Part shown: in pieces, positions 50,710 to 59,688 of the stretch
How the letters are laid out: every line of letters begins with the position of its first letter
How positions within the stretch are numbered: position 1 is the first letter of the stretch
DNA from: Polyangiaceae bacterium
GTDB lineage: Bacteria > Myxococcota_A > Polyangia > Polyangiales > Polyangiaceae
Assembly: GCA_044222475.1 (NCBI GenBank)
Contig: JBGANF010000009.1
Span: forward strand, 1 to 64,000
DNA: 64,000 bases
Direction of reading: 5' to 3'
Notes under the pieces: model-generated
The model's database searches: none
What the model saw: the letters and a program-made list of their open reading frames with translations, nothing else
Told to the model about the DNA's origin: nothing
Translations under genes and position numbers: made by a program

Positions 50710-52413
50710 ATGGGATTCGTGACTGCGGCCAAGCGCTCGGGTGGAGGTCCGTTCCACTGGGCGGGGAGCCGTACCGCGAACGCGCGCGATGGTAGCGCGA
50801 GCATCGCCTTCGACGGCCGCATCGACAATCGAAGGGCCCTCGGTGCGCTCGCCCATGAAGACGACGCCTCGCTCGCGCTCCGCGTGTACGCGAGAGATCC
50901 GTCCAGGTTCCCCCAGGATCTCGTCGGGGACTTCGCGTGCGTGGTCGTGGACCACGTTCGCGATCGAATGCTGCTTGCGCGCGACTTCCTCGGCCGTCGA
51001 CCGCTCTACTACGCGCAGGTGAACGGCGCGGTCCACGCCTCGACGACGTTCGAGGGGCTCCTTGGATCCGGCGCAGTCTCCCGCGCGAAAGACGAAGCGA
51101 CCGTCGCGATGTTCCTCTCGGCGTCGCCCCCGAGCGACGGCTCGACGCTCTGGGCCAGCATTCGGCGCGTCCTCCCCGGACACGTCGTGGTTGCAGAGCG
51201 GGGCCGTCTCGCTTCTCTGCGGTATTGGGCACCGGACCTCACCGAGGAGCTCGACGTGACGTTCGAGGAGGCCTGCCGACGGCTCGAGCAGCTCCTCGAG
51301 ACTGCGGTCGGGGAGACCATGGGGACCGATCCCGCCATCCAGCTCAGCGGAGGCGTCGACTCCTCGACCGTCGCAGGATTCTGCGCCGCAGCCGAACCCC
51401 GGTCGCTCCGCGCATACGCCGTGGTGTTTCCGGGTCATCGTGAGGCCGACGAGTCCAGCTATCTCGACGCGGTGGATGCGCACCTCGGGCTCGACGTGCG
51501 CCGACTCGAGGGCGCTGCACTCCCCGTGGACGACGACGTTTCGCAGCGCAGCGATCTCCCGATGCTCCCCAACGCGGGAATCGTTCACGCGATCCTGAAC
51601 GCCATGACGGCGGACGGTCGGAAGACGCTTCTCACGGGTGACGGTGGCGACGACACGCTCACCGCGAGCATGTACGTCTACGCCGACCTCCTCTCGTCGC
51701 TGCGGTGGGCCGATCTACGGAGGCTCGTTCGCGAGCATCGCACCGTGCCGACCGTCACCCTCGGGCGCTTCCCGATCCTCTCCTATGCGGTGCGCCCGAT
51801 GGTGCCGGGGCGCTGGGTCGCTGCGCTGCGCCAACGGCTCGGGCGGCGCGCGGCGCCGCAATACGTCCGCCGATCGTTCGCCGACCGCACGGGGCTCGAG
51901 CGGCGCCTCGCCTTCGACGTGCGCCCTCCTCACGGAGTCTCGTACGCCCGCTTCGATGCGCTCGCAGCGTTGCGCAGCGGATGGCTCGTCCACGGTCTCG
52001 AACAGAACGCGCATCTCTACGATCGGTTCGGAGTGCAAGTCGCGTCGCCGCTGTTCGATCGCCGAATCGTCGAGCTCGCGCTGCGTCTGCCTCCCGCGTT
52101 CCTCTCGCACGGACAGATCATGAAGCGCGCGCTCGTGTCCGCAGCCGGAGCGCGACTGCCGAGTGCCGTCGCGCGACGCACGACGAAATCCGACTTCTCG
52201 CATCTCTTCGCAGAAGCGCTGCGCGCCCGCGCTCGGACGTTCGCCGCGCGTGACCTGGCGATCGCCGACGCCGGCTTCGTCGAGCCGGCGCCGCTCCGCG
52301 CGCTCTACGAGCGTACGATGGCGCAGTACCGCGCAGGCGACCCGCGCTACGCGGCGCACGTCCTGACGCTGTGGATGGCGTACTCGGTCGAAAAATGGCT
52401 GACAACGTGCTGA
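50710..52413 (+). CDS. Lasso peptide cyclase (asparagine synthetase-like)
   Basis: LSGGVDSS, LLTGDGGD, SPLFDRRIVE; truncated N-domain without catalytic Cys1; RiPP context. Confidence 0.88.
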   Translation: MGFVTAAKRSGGGPFHWAGSRTANARDGSASIAFDGRIDNRRALGALAHEDDASLALRVYARDPSRFPQDLVGDFACVVVDHVRDRMLLARDFLGRRPLYYAQVNGAVHASTTFEGLLGSGAVSRAKDEATVAMFLSASPPSDGSTLWASIRRVLPGHVVVAERGRLASLRYWAPDLTEELDVTFEEACRRLEQLLETAVGETMGTDPAIQLSGGVDSSTVAGFCAAAEPRSLRAYAVVFPGHREADESSYLDAVDAHLGLDVRRLEGAALPVDDDVSQRSDLPMLPNAGIVHAILNAMTADGRKTLLTGDGGDDTLTASMYVYADLLSSLRWADLRRLVREHRTVPTVTLGRFPILSYAVRPMVPGRWVAALRQRLGRRAAPQYVRRSFADRTGLERRLAFDVRPPHGVSYARFDALAALRSGWLVHGLEQNAHLYDRFGVQVASPLFDRRIVELALRLPPAFLSHGQIMKRALVSAAGARLPSAVARRTTKSDFSHLFAEALRARARTFAARDLAIADAGFVEPAPLRALYERTMAQYRAGDPRYAAHVLTLWMAYSVEKWLTTC

Positions 52414-52433
52414 CGCCCTGCAATGACCAGGGA

Positions 52434-52706
52434 ATGGATCCCTCGAAGCGCTATGTACCGCGACCGCACGTCGTTCGGCGCCGTGTGGGGGACGAGTGTC
52501 TACTCCTCGACAGCACGAGGCAGCAGTTTTTCAGCCTCAATTTCGTCGCGGTCTCCGTGTGGGACGCACTCTCGCCGGAGCGCACGCTCGACGAAATCAT
52601 CGATCGCGTCGCCGACGAGTATGGAGCCGAGCGCGACACGGTCGAGCGCGACTGTCTCGATCTAATGGCGGCCCTGCTCGAGCAGGGCCTCGTCGACGAG
52701 CGGTGA
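52434..52706 (+). CDS. PqqD family RiPP recognition element (lasso B1)
   Basis: VGDECLLLD..FFSLNFVAVSVWDAL..EYG..VERD..LLEQGLV. Confidence 0.92.
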   Translation: MDPSKRYVPRPHVVRRRVGDECLLLDSTRQQFFSLNFVAVSVWDALSPERTLDEIIDRVADEYGAERDTVERDCLDLMAALLEQGLVDER

Positions 52707-54278
52707 CGCGCTCGCTCCGAGATCGGCGGTGACGAAACAGCCGGCCGCGAGACGCTCGACCAGCTCGGTCGAGTGCGCCGCCACGATCACGAGCTTCGTC
52801 GCTGCCTCACGTTCGAGCAAGCGCGCGAGCAGTTGGATGCCGGCCCGATCGAGGCTCGCGTCGGGCTCGTCGAAGAGGAGCGCCGGCCGGTCGGCAGCGA
52901 ACGCGCGAGCCAGCGCGACGCGCTGGCGCTGACCGACCGAGAGCTCACCGAGCTCGACGTCGAGCGGCGACCTCGCGCGCTCGGCCAACGCCTGCCAGAC
53001 CTCGAGGTCGCGCAGGCTCTTCTCGATCCGTTCGTCCGTGACGGCTCCGTGAACGAGCTCGAATGCTCGGCGAATGCTCGCGCGCTCGGGCAGGAGTGGG
53101 CGCTGAGGTAGGAATGCGAGCTTCCCGCGCCACGCGTCGAGGTCGCACGAGAAGAGGTCGGTGCCGTCGAGGCTCACGGTGCCGGCGGTGGGTTCGACGA
53201 GACCGGCCACCACCCGCAACAGCGTGCTCTTCCCGCTTCCATTCGGACCCACGAGAAGCACCGCAGCTCCTCGCTTCACCACCAAGGTCGTGGGAGGGAG
53301 CGCGCGATCCTGATCCCCGTAGTGGTAGCTGACGGCGGAACAGGCGAGCGAGGAGAGCTCGCGAACGGCGCGCGTGCCACCCGTCGGGAGCACGGTTCCC
53401 TCGAAGATGGGCATCAGCGCGCGGACTTGGGGGAGTGCGCGCGCGATCTCGACCGCCGCTCTCGCGATGCCCGCGAAGCCTGCCGACGCCGTGGCGACGA
53501 CGAGCAGCTCGCCGAGTGCGGGCGAGCTGGGGCTCAGCGCGAACCACGTTCCCGCGGCGGCGAGCGCCACGAACGTGGGCGCCCGGGTCGCGAAGCCCGC
53601 AGCTCCGTCGGCGCGAACGACTCGGGCGCGACGCAGGCCGAGGGCGCGGTCGAGCTCGGACACGAAGCTCGCTGCGTTCCCGTTGGCGAGGATCTCCGCT
53701 CGCCCGACGATGGCGGCGGCGAGCCGATCGATGACGCCACCGTGAGCTCCCCATGCGTCCTCGCTCGCGCGAGACGCAACGCGACGGCTCGCCCACGCGG
53801 CGGTAGCCGCGACGCCAAGCGCCACGAGCGCGATGAGCTCGGTCGCTGGCGCCACCTTGCGATGCACGACCGCGACGAGCGCGATGCTGGCGACGAGGTC
53901 CCCCGCCGCTCCGGGTGCGAGCTCGCTAGCGATGCGCGAGACCTGGTGCCCGGCCTCGAGGACCGTGCTCAACGCCTCGTCGTGACGAAGCGGTGCCGCC
54001 TGAACGACGTTGCGCGAGAGCAGCGCCGCGCCGACGCGCCGTTGAATGACGGTCTCGAGCGAAGCGCGCGTGAGGGCTCGCGCCGCCCCTCTGAGGAACA
54101 CGATGGCCGCAAGGGCCACGCCAGTAACGAAAGCGGGGAGGCGATGATCATCGACGAGAAAGACCGTCGTCGCCGTCACGAGGATGCGCTCGGCAGCCTG
54201 CAGAACGGCCATGAACGCGATCGAGATCCACTGCCGTCGCTCGACGAAGCCGATGACGAAGCGGGCGAGTGGGAGCAC
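52662..54278 (-). CDS. ABC exporter (TMD + NBD), probable lasso peptide export
   Basis: GPNGSGKST, LSVGQRQR, LFDEPDASLD; N-terminal TM helices; no peptidase domain. Confidence 0.8.
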   Translation of the reverse strand: MLPLARFVIGFVERRQWISIAFMAVLQAAERILVTATTVFLVDDHRLPAFVTGVALAAIVFLRGAARALTRASLETVIQRRVGAALLSRNVVQAAPLRHDEALSTVLEAGHQVSRIASELAPGAAGDLVASIALVAVVHRKVAPATELIALVALGVAATAAWASRRVASRASEDAWGAHGGVIDRLAAAIVGRAEILANGNAASFVSELDRALGLRRARVVRADGAAGFATRAPTFVALAAAGTWFALSPSSPALGELLVVATASAGFAGIARAAVEIARALPQVRALMPIFEGTVLPTGGTRAVRELSSLACSAVSYHYGDQDRALPPTTLVVKRGAAVLLVGPNGSGKSTLLRVVAGLVEPTAGTVSLDGTDLFSCDLDAWRGKLAFLPQRPLLPERASIRRAFELVHGAVTDERIEKSLRDLEVWQALAERARSPLDVELGELSVGQRQRVALARAFAADRPALLFDEPDASLDRAGIQLLARLLEREAATKLVIVAAHSTELVERLAAGCFVTADLGASASPLVDEALLEQGRH

Positions 54279-54324
54279 GGAGGCGCGACGGTAGCGCCGG
54301 TGGTTTCCAGCGTCGAGTGGAGAG

Positions 54325-55251
54325 CTAAGCGGAGTCCTTCGACGCGACTGCCCGCAGATCCACGAACGTCCAGTCGCACGTCTTGGCGATGAGCTCGATG
54401 AACGCGCGCACCTTCGCCGAGAGCAGGCGCGTCGTCGGGTAGACGATCTGGATCGGAAGCGGCGGAGGTTCGAGATCCGCGAGGACGACGCGGAGGCTCC
54501 CGGAGCGAACCGCGTCCGCCACCTGGTATCCGAGCGCCATCACGAGGCCGCCACCGCGCTCGGCGTGACCGATCGCGGCGTCGACGCTGTTCGTCACGAA
54601 GCGCGGCGAGAGCGCCACGCGTCGCTCGCCGCCGACGGTCGCGAAGCGCCACTCCGCGGTCGGGTTGATGGCGTTGCACTGGATCACGTCGTGGACCGCG
54701 AGCTCGTCCGCCGTCCGCGGCTTCTTCCTCTGAGCGAAGTACTTGGGCGACCCCACGACGACGCGCCTCGTCGAGCCGACCGCGCGCGCGACGAGCCCCG
54801 AGTCGTCGAGGTGGCCGATGCGAACGGCCGCGTCGATCCCCTCGTCGACGAGGTTCGCGAGGCGGTCGGCCAAGGTGAGCTCGCCGGTCACCGCCGGGTA
54901 CTTCGCGAGGTAGGCGCACATCAGCGGCGCGACGTGCAACCGGCCGAACGTGGCGGGCGCAGCCACTACGAAGCGACCGGTCGGCGTGGTGCGCTCGGCC
55001 TGCGCCGCGGCCTCGGCTTCGGCGACGTCGCCGAGGATCCGCCGCGCGCGCTCGAGGTAGCGTGCGCCGGCGTCGGTCAGCGTGACCGAGCGCGTCGTCC
55101 GCTGGAGCAGTCGCGTCCCGAGGCTCTCCTCGAGAGCGGCCACCAGGCGCGTCACGGCCGACGCCGAGAGCTTGTGGCGGCGGGCGGCGGGGGCGAACCC
55201 TCGCAAGTCGGCCACCGAGACGAAGACCCCCATCGCGCCGAGCCGGTCCAT
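54325..55251 (-). CDS. LysR family regulator (CrgA-like)
   Basis: MDRLGAMGVFV..RTTRSVTLTDAG; LSAKVRAF. Confidence 0.93.
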   Translation of the reverse strand: MDRLGAMGVFVSVADLRGFAPAARRHKLSASAVTRLVAALEESLGTRLLQRTTRSVTLTDAGARYLERARRILGDVAEAEAAAQAERTTPTGRFVVAAPATFGRLHVAPLMCAYLAKYPAVTGELTLADRLANLVDEGIDAAVRIGHLDDSGLVARAVGSTRRVVVGSPKYFAQRKKPRTADELAVHDVIQCNAINPTAEWRFATVGGERRVALSPRFVTNSVDAAIGHAERGGGLVMALGYQVADAVRSGSLRVVLADLEPPPLPIQIVYPTTRLLSAKVRAFIELIAKTCDWTFVDLRAVASKDSA

Positions 55252-55256
55252 TCATT

Positions 55257-55275
55257 CATTGCATCATCTGCAATG
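55257..55275. promoter_or_regulatory. LysR-type binding site
   Basis: CATTGC-N7-GCAATG palindrome (contains T-N11-A) between lysR and the ahpD-like gene. Confidence 0.65.
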
Positions 55276-55364
55276 GTGAAGTGTCAATCCCGTCGATTGT
55301 TGTTGTACATGGAAGGACCCATCTTCGCTCCACGGCCGAACGAACGGCCCGAAAGGAAGATCCC

Positions 55365-55913
55365 ATGTCCCGCATCCCCACCCCCGCCACGATCGACGCC
55401 TCTCCCGCCGCGTCGCGACCGCTCCTCGAGGCCGTGAAGAAACAGCTCGGCAGCGCGCCGAACCTCTTTCGCATCGTGGGCAACAGCCCCGCGGCGCTCG
55501 AGGGCTACCTCGGACTGAACGGCGCGCTGGCGAAGGGCACCCTCGACGCGCGCACCCGCGAGCGCATCGCCCTGGCCGTCGCGGAGCTCAACGGCTGCGA
55601 CTACTGCCTGGCCGCTCACACCTACCTCGGTACGAACCTCGCGAAGCTGGACGCCACCGAGATCGCGGCCAACCGCGACGGGACATCGAGCGATCCGAAG
55701 GCAGCCGCCGCCGTCCGCTTCGCCAGCCAGCTCGTCCGAGCGCGTGGTCACGTGACCGCCGACGACGTGCTCGCGGTTAAGGCCGCAGGCTACGACGACG
55801 CGCAGGTCGTCGAGATCGTGACCCACGTCGCGCTCAACACCTTGACCAACTACGTCAACAGCGCGTTCGAGACCGACGTAGACTTCCCCAAGGTCACGCG
55901 TCGAGCCGCGTGA
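55365..55913 (+). CDS. AhpD/carboxymuconolactone decarboxylase family peroxidase-related protein
   Basis: [21 protein letters not shown]. Confidence 0.92.
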   Translation: MSRIPTPATIDASPAASRPLLEAVKKQLGSAPNLFRIVGNSPAALEGYLGLNGALAKGTLDARTRERIALAVAELNGCDYCLAAHTYLGTNLAKLDATEIAANRDGTSSDPKAAAAVRFASQLVRARGHVTADDVLAVKAAGYDDAQVVEIVTHVALNTLTNYVNSAFETDVDFPKVTRRAA

Positions 55914-55944
55914 GTCGATCACCGCGCCCTTGGAGGTCCCGCCC

Positions 55945-56409
55945 ATGAGTCGTCCCCCGCTCCCGCCGTTCACCGCCGAAACCGCCGCTCAGAAGGCACG
56001 GCTCGCCGAGAACGCGTGGAACACGCGCGATCCCGCGCGCGTCGCCCTCGCCTACACCGAGGACAGCCGGTGGCGAAATCGGTCGGAGTTCTTCCAAGGG
56101 CGCGCGGCGATCGAGGCGTTCCTGAAGCGCAAGTGGGCGCACGAGATCGACTACCGGTTGATCAAGGAGGTCTGGGCCTTCACCGGGAATCGCATCGCCG
56201 TGCGCTTCGTCTACGAGTGCCACGACGAGCACGGCGACTGGACGCGCGCCCACGGCAACGAGCAGTGGGAGTTCGACGAGGCCGGGCTGATGAGGCGCCG
56301 CGAGGCGAGCATCAACGACGTGAAGATCCGCGACGCAGAGCGTCGCTTCCACTGGCCGCTCGGCCCGCGGCCCGACGAGCACCCCGGGCTCACGGAGCTC
56401 GGGCTCTGA
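55945..56409 (+). CDS. DUF1348 (NTF2-like) protein
   Basis: [44 protein letters not shown]. Confidence 0.9.
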   Translation: MSRPPLPPFTAETAAQKARLAENAWNTRDPARVALAYTEDSRWRNRSEFFQGRAAIEAFLKRKWAHEIDYRLIKEVWAFTGNRIAVRFVYECHDEHGDWTRAHGNEQWEFDEAGLMRRREASINDVKIRDAERRFHWPLGPRPDEHPGLTELGL

Positions 56410-56412
56410 CGT

Positions 56413-57219
56413 TCAGGGCTTCGCTGCGGCGAGCACCTGCTCGCGCGTGACGCTCTTCGGATCGAAGACCACGCGCAAGGAGGCGCCGTCGCGCGACACC
56501 TCGAGGACGCCGGGGACCTTCGCGAGCGCGTCCGCTGCGCGCGCGTCGCCGGAGACGATCGCCGTCTCCAGCGTCGTGCTGCAGCCGGCGCGCTCGCCGG
56601 GCGCCGGCTTCGCGCACGAGTTCTGGGTCGCGACCGGCGGAGCGTGCGTCGCGCTTCCTTCGAACAGCGGAAGGTACGCGCCGTATCCTTCGGCCGCGAG
56701 CTTCGACACCGGGACGAACCGCAGCGACGCCGAGTTGATGCAGTAGCGGAGGCCGGTCGGTGCAGGGCCGTCGTCGAACACGTGACCGAGGTGCGAGCTC
56801 GCGCTCGCGGAACGCACCTCGGTGCGCTCCATGCCGAGCGTCGTGTCGCTCTTCGAGACGACGCGGGCGTCCTCGATCGGCCGCGTGAAGCTCGGCCAGC
56901 CGGTGCCCGACTCGAACTTGTCGAGCGAGCTGAAGAGCGGCTCGCCGCTCACCACGTCGACGTAGATGCCGGGCTCGTGGTTGTCCCAGTACGCGTTGTG
57001 GAACGGCGGCTCGGTCGCGTCGTTCTGCGTGACCTCGTACTCGATCGGCGAGAGCTTCTTCTTCAGCTCGTCGAGCGACGGCTTCGGGTACGCACTCGAC
57101 GGAGCGGCGGCGATCTTCGCCACCGGCTCGGCGGCGGCGCTGGACGACGACGATGCACGACATGCGACTGTGGCGACGAGGAGGGAGAGTCCGGACATCA
57201 CGAGGAGGGTCTGGTTCAT
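56413..57219 (-). CDS. msrB: Secreted peptide-methionine (R)-S-oxide reductase with a vestigial C-terminal domain
   Basis: [33 protein letters not shown]; lipoprotein signal TVAC. Confidence 0.92.
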   Translation of the reverse strand: MNQTLLVMSGLSLLVATVACRASSSSSAAAEPVAKIAAAPSSAYPKPSLDELKKKLSPIEYEVTQNDATEPPFHNAYWDNHEPGIYVDVVSGEPLFSSLDKFESGTGWPSFTRPIEDARVVSKSDTTLGMERTEVRSASASSHLGHVFDDGPAPTGLRYCINSASLRFVPVSKLAAEGYGAYLPLFEGSATHAPPVATQNSCAKPAPGERAGCSTTLETAIVSGDARAADALAKVPGVLEVSRDGASLRVVFDPKSVTREQVLAAAKP

Positions 57220-57278
57220 GGCTCGCCAGGGAGTACGCCGGTCGAGCGCCTCCGGTTTCGGCCACCGTCACCTCGGAA

Positions 57279-57881
57279 TCACCCGGTCTCGACGCGGCGC
57301 AGTTCGGCCTCGAGCTCGGCGATGCGGCGATCGCGCGAGGCGAGGGCCTCGGCGACGTCGGCCGCGTCGATCCGCTGCGGGATGTGCTGCGGACAGTTCA
57401 CGTCCCACGCGACGACGCGGATCACGAAGACCCGCTCGGGACGGGCCGCGTAGCCCTTCGGCGCGAGGCGCGCGAGGAGCGCCGGGTCGTCCTCGACGAC
57501 CTTCGCCTCGCCCCAGATCTTCACCCTGCGTCGATGCGCGTAGTCGATCAGGAAGAGGTGCACTTTCGGGTTGTCCTCGAGGTTCCCGAGCGAGATGTAC
57601 TGGCGGTTGCCCGCGAAGTCGGCGAACGCGAGCGTGTGCTCGTCGAGCACGTGGAGGAAGCCCTTCGGTCCGCCGCGGTGCTGGATGTACGGCTGGCCCG
57701 CTGCGTTCGCGGTGGCGAGGAAGAAGCTCGTCTGGTCGGTGATGAAGTCCGCGACGTCCTCGGAGATCGCGGTCTCCCAGCCGCCGCCCTCTTCCATCCG
57801 AGCGTAGGCCTTGCGCGAGCCCTTCTTCGTCTGGATCGCCTTCACCGTGGGAGTGAACGCCACGTCGCTGGAGGTTGCCAT
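57279..57881 (-). CDS. Pyridoxamine 5'-phosphate oxidase family FMN-binding protein
   Basis: FFLATAN..PYIQHRGGPKGF, DFAGNRQYISLGN, WDVNCPQHI. Confidence 0.9.
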   Translation of the reverse strand: MATSSDVAFTPTVKAIQTKKGSRKAYARMEEGGGWETAISEDVADFITDQTSFFLATANAAGQPYIQHRGGPKGFLHVLDEHTLAFADFAGNRQYISLGNLEDNPKVHLFLIDYAHRRRVKIWGEAKVVEDDPALLARLAPKGYAARPERVFVIRVVAWDVNCPQHIPQRIDAADVAEALASRDRRIAELEAELRRVETG

Positions 57882-57937
57882 GGCGCCAACGTGAGGCTGA
57901 AGTACGCCGGCAACAATGGATCGGCTTCGCAATGCAT

Positions 57938-57956
57938 CATTGCTCCTCATGCAATG
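57938..57956. promoter_or_regulatory. Second copy of the LysR-type site
   Basis: CATTGC-N7-GCAATG upstream of the PNPOx-like gene, matching 55257-55275. Confidence 0.6.
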
Positions 57957-58699
57957 GTGAGGACCTCGCATCCGGTCTCGGTGACGAGGACCGTGTGCTC
58001 GAACTGTGCCGACAGCGAGCCGTCGGCAGTGACGACCGTCCAGCCGTCGTCGAGGAAGCGCACCGCCGCTCGACCGAGGTTCACCATCGGCTCGATCGTG
58101 AACGCCATGCCCGGACGGAGCCGAGGGCCGGTGCCGCGCGTCCCGGTGTGCTTCACGTGAGGCTCGGTGTGCATCGCGCGTCCGATGCCGTGACCGCCGA
58201 GCTCGGTGACGACGCTGCAGCCGGCCTTGCGGGCGACCTCGTCGATCGCCGCGCCGACGTCGCCGAGGCGGCCGTTCGGGCGGACCACGGCGACTCCCGC
58301 GTCGCGGCACGCACGCGCGGTCTCGACGACGTGGCGAGCCTCGGCGCTGGGCTCGCCGATGAAGAACGTCGCCGACGTGTCGCCGTGGAACCCCTCGAGC
58401 TCGGTCGTGACGTCGACGTTCACGATGTCGCCGTCGCGGAGGACGTCACGCGGCGAGGGGATCCCATGGCACACGACGTGGTTGCGACTGGTGCACACCG
58501 CCGCGGGAAACCCTTGGTATCCGAGCTGACTCGGGCGGCCCTTGCGGCGCGCGGTGTCTTCGCGGACCCATCGGTCGATGTCCGCGGTCGAGACGCCGGC
58601 GCGGAGCAGCGTCCCAACGTGGGACAGCGTCGCGGCCGCCACGCGCCCGGCGGCGCGCAATCGTTCCCGTTCACGAGGTCCGAACAGCTCGATGGCCAT
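57947..58699 (-). CDS. map: Type I methionyl aminopeptidase
   Basis: VVCHGIP, GDIVNVDV, GFHGDTS, GHGIG, FTIEPM, SAQFEHT. Confidence 0.95.
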   Translation of the reverse strand: MAIELFGPRERERLRAAGRVAAATLSHVGTLLRAGVSTADIDRWVREDTARRKGRPSQLGYQGFPAAVCTSRNHVVCHGIPSPRDVLRDGDIVNVDVTTELEGFHGDTSATFFIGEPSAEARHVVETARACRDAGVAVVRPNGRLGDVGAAIDEVARKAGCSVVTELGGHGIGRAMHTEPHVKHTGTRGTGPRLRPGMAFTIEPMVNLGRAAVRFLDDGWTVVTADGSLSAQFEHTVLVTETGCEVLTIA

Positions 58700-58788
58700 C
58701 CCCGAACGAAACACCGGCGCCGCGCGGGCGACCAATACCTTCTCGATCTGACGCCGGAGCGCGCGTTCCGCGCTACGATGAAGCCATC

Positions 58789-59052
58789 ATGAGCCTCGCG
58801 CAGATCCGGTATTTCGTCGCCGTCGCCGAGGAGGGCAGCGTGACCCGCGCGGCCGAGAGGCTCCACGTCTCCCAGCCGCCGCTGAGCCGGCAGATCCACC
58901 TGCTCGAGGACGAGCTCGACGTGCAGCTCTTCGAGCGCACCCCGCGCGGAGTTCGCTTGCTCCCGCCGGGCGAGCGCTTCCTCGAGCACGCGCGGGCCAT
59001 CCTGAAGCAGGTCGAGCTCGCCGCCCACGCCGCCCGCGAGGGCGACGGGTGA
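58789..59052 (+). CDS. Stand-alone LysR-type HTH protein (87 aa)
   Basis: YFVAVAEEGSVTRAAERLHVSQPPLSRQI..LFERTPRGV; no effector domain. Confidence 0.75.
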   Translation: MSLAQIRYFVAVAEEGSVTRAAERLHVSQPPLSRQIHLLEDELDVQLFERTPRGVRLLPPGERFLEHARAILKQVELAAHAAREGDG

Positions 59053-59669
59053 AGGAGCACCCCTACCGCAGCGAGCTGGGCGAAGAAGAGCGCCCCCTCG
59101 TCGCACAGACCGAGCTCCGCCTCGAGGGCTCGGCAGTCGAGCGCAAGTCGGCGATCGTTCGGTTGCTCGTCGGCGCGGGGATCGCCGTAGCCATCGGAGC
59201 GTTCGCGCTCCTTCTCATGCGCCTCGAAGCGGCCGTCAGCGTCCTCTTCGTCGCGGCGCTCGCGTACGTCGGCTGGCGCTGGGTGCGGCTTCGCAAAGAG
59301 ACCGAGGTGGTCCTCCGCATCGAGGACGACACGCTCGTGATCCAGCGCTTCCGCGCAGCCCCGGTCAGGGTCGCGCTGCGGGCGCTCGACGACGTCGAGA
59401 TCGAGTCGAAGGAAGTCCAGAAGGTCGGACACGACAGCAACCCGATCTACGGACTCAGCTTCAACCGCCACGTGGCGCCCGCGGTCGACGTCGCGCGGGT
59501 CGCGCTCGTGCGCGCCGGCGACCTGCCGCTCCGCCTCGGCGACGAGTGGGTCTCGCACGGCGAGACGAGCGAGGACTTCCGCAAGGTGCGACTGTTCCTG
59601 CGTTCACGTGGGTGGATCCCGCTCTCGGAGCGCGCGAAGCCGAGGAAGAAGAAGCGTCGCTCGGCCTGA
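59049..59669 (+). CDS. Hypothetical membrane protein
   Basis: Two TM segments; GTGA-coupled to the upstream gene. Confidence 0.6.
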   Translation: MKEHPYRSELGEEERPLVAQTELRLEGSAVERKSAIVRLLVGAGIAVAIGAFALLLMRLEAAVSVLFVAALAYVGWRWVRLRKETEVVLRIEDDTLVIQRFRAAPVRVALRALDDVEIESKEVQKVGHDSNPIYGLSFNRHVAPAVDVARVALVRAGDLPLRLGDEWVSHGETSEDFRKVRLFLRSRGWIPLSERAKPRKKKRRSA

Positions 59670-59688
59670 CTCGCTATAGTGCGGGCCC

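Noticed and set aside
50710..52413. Housekeeping asparagine synthetase AsnB
   Set aside because: Lacks the N-terminal catalytic Cys and a full glutaminase domain; sits beside an RRE and a lasso precursor
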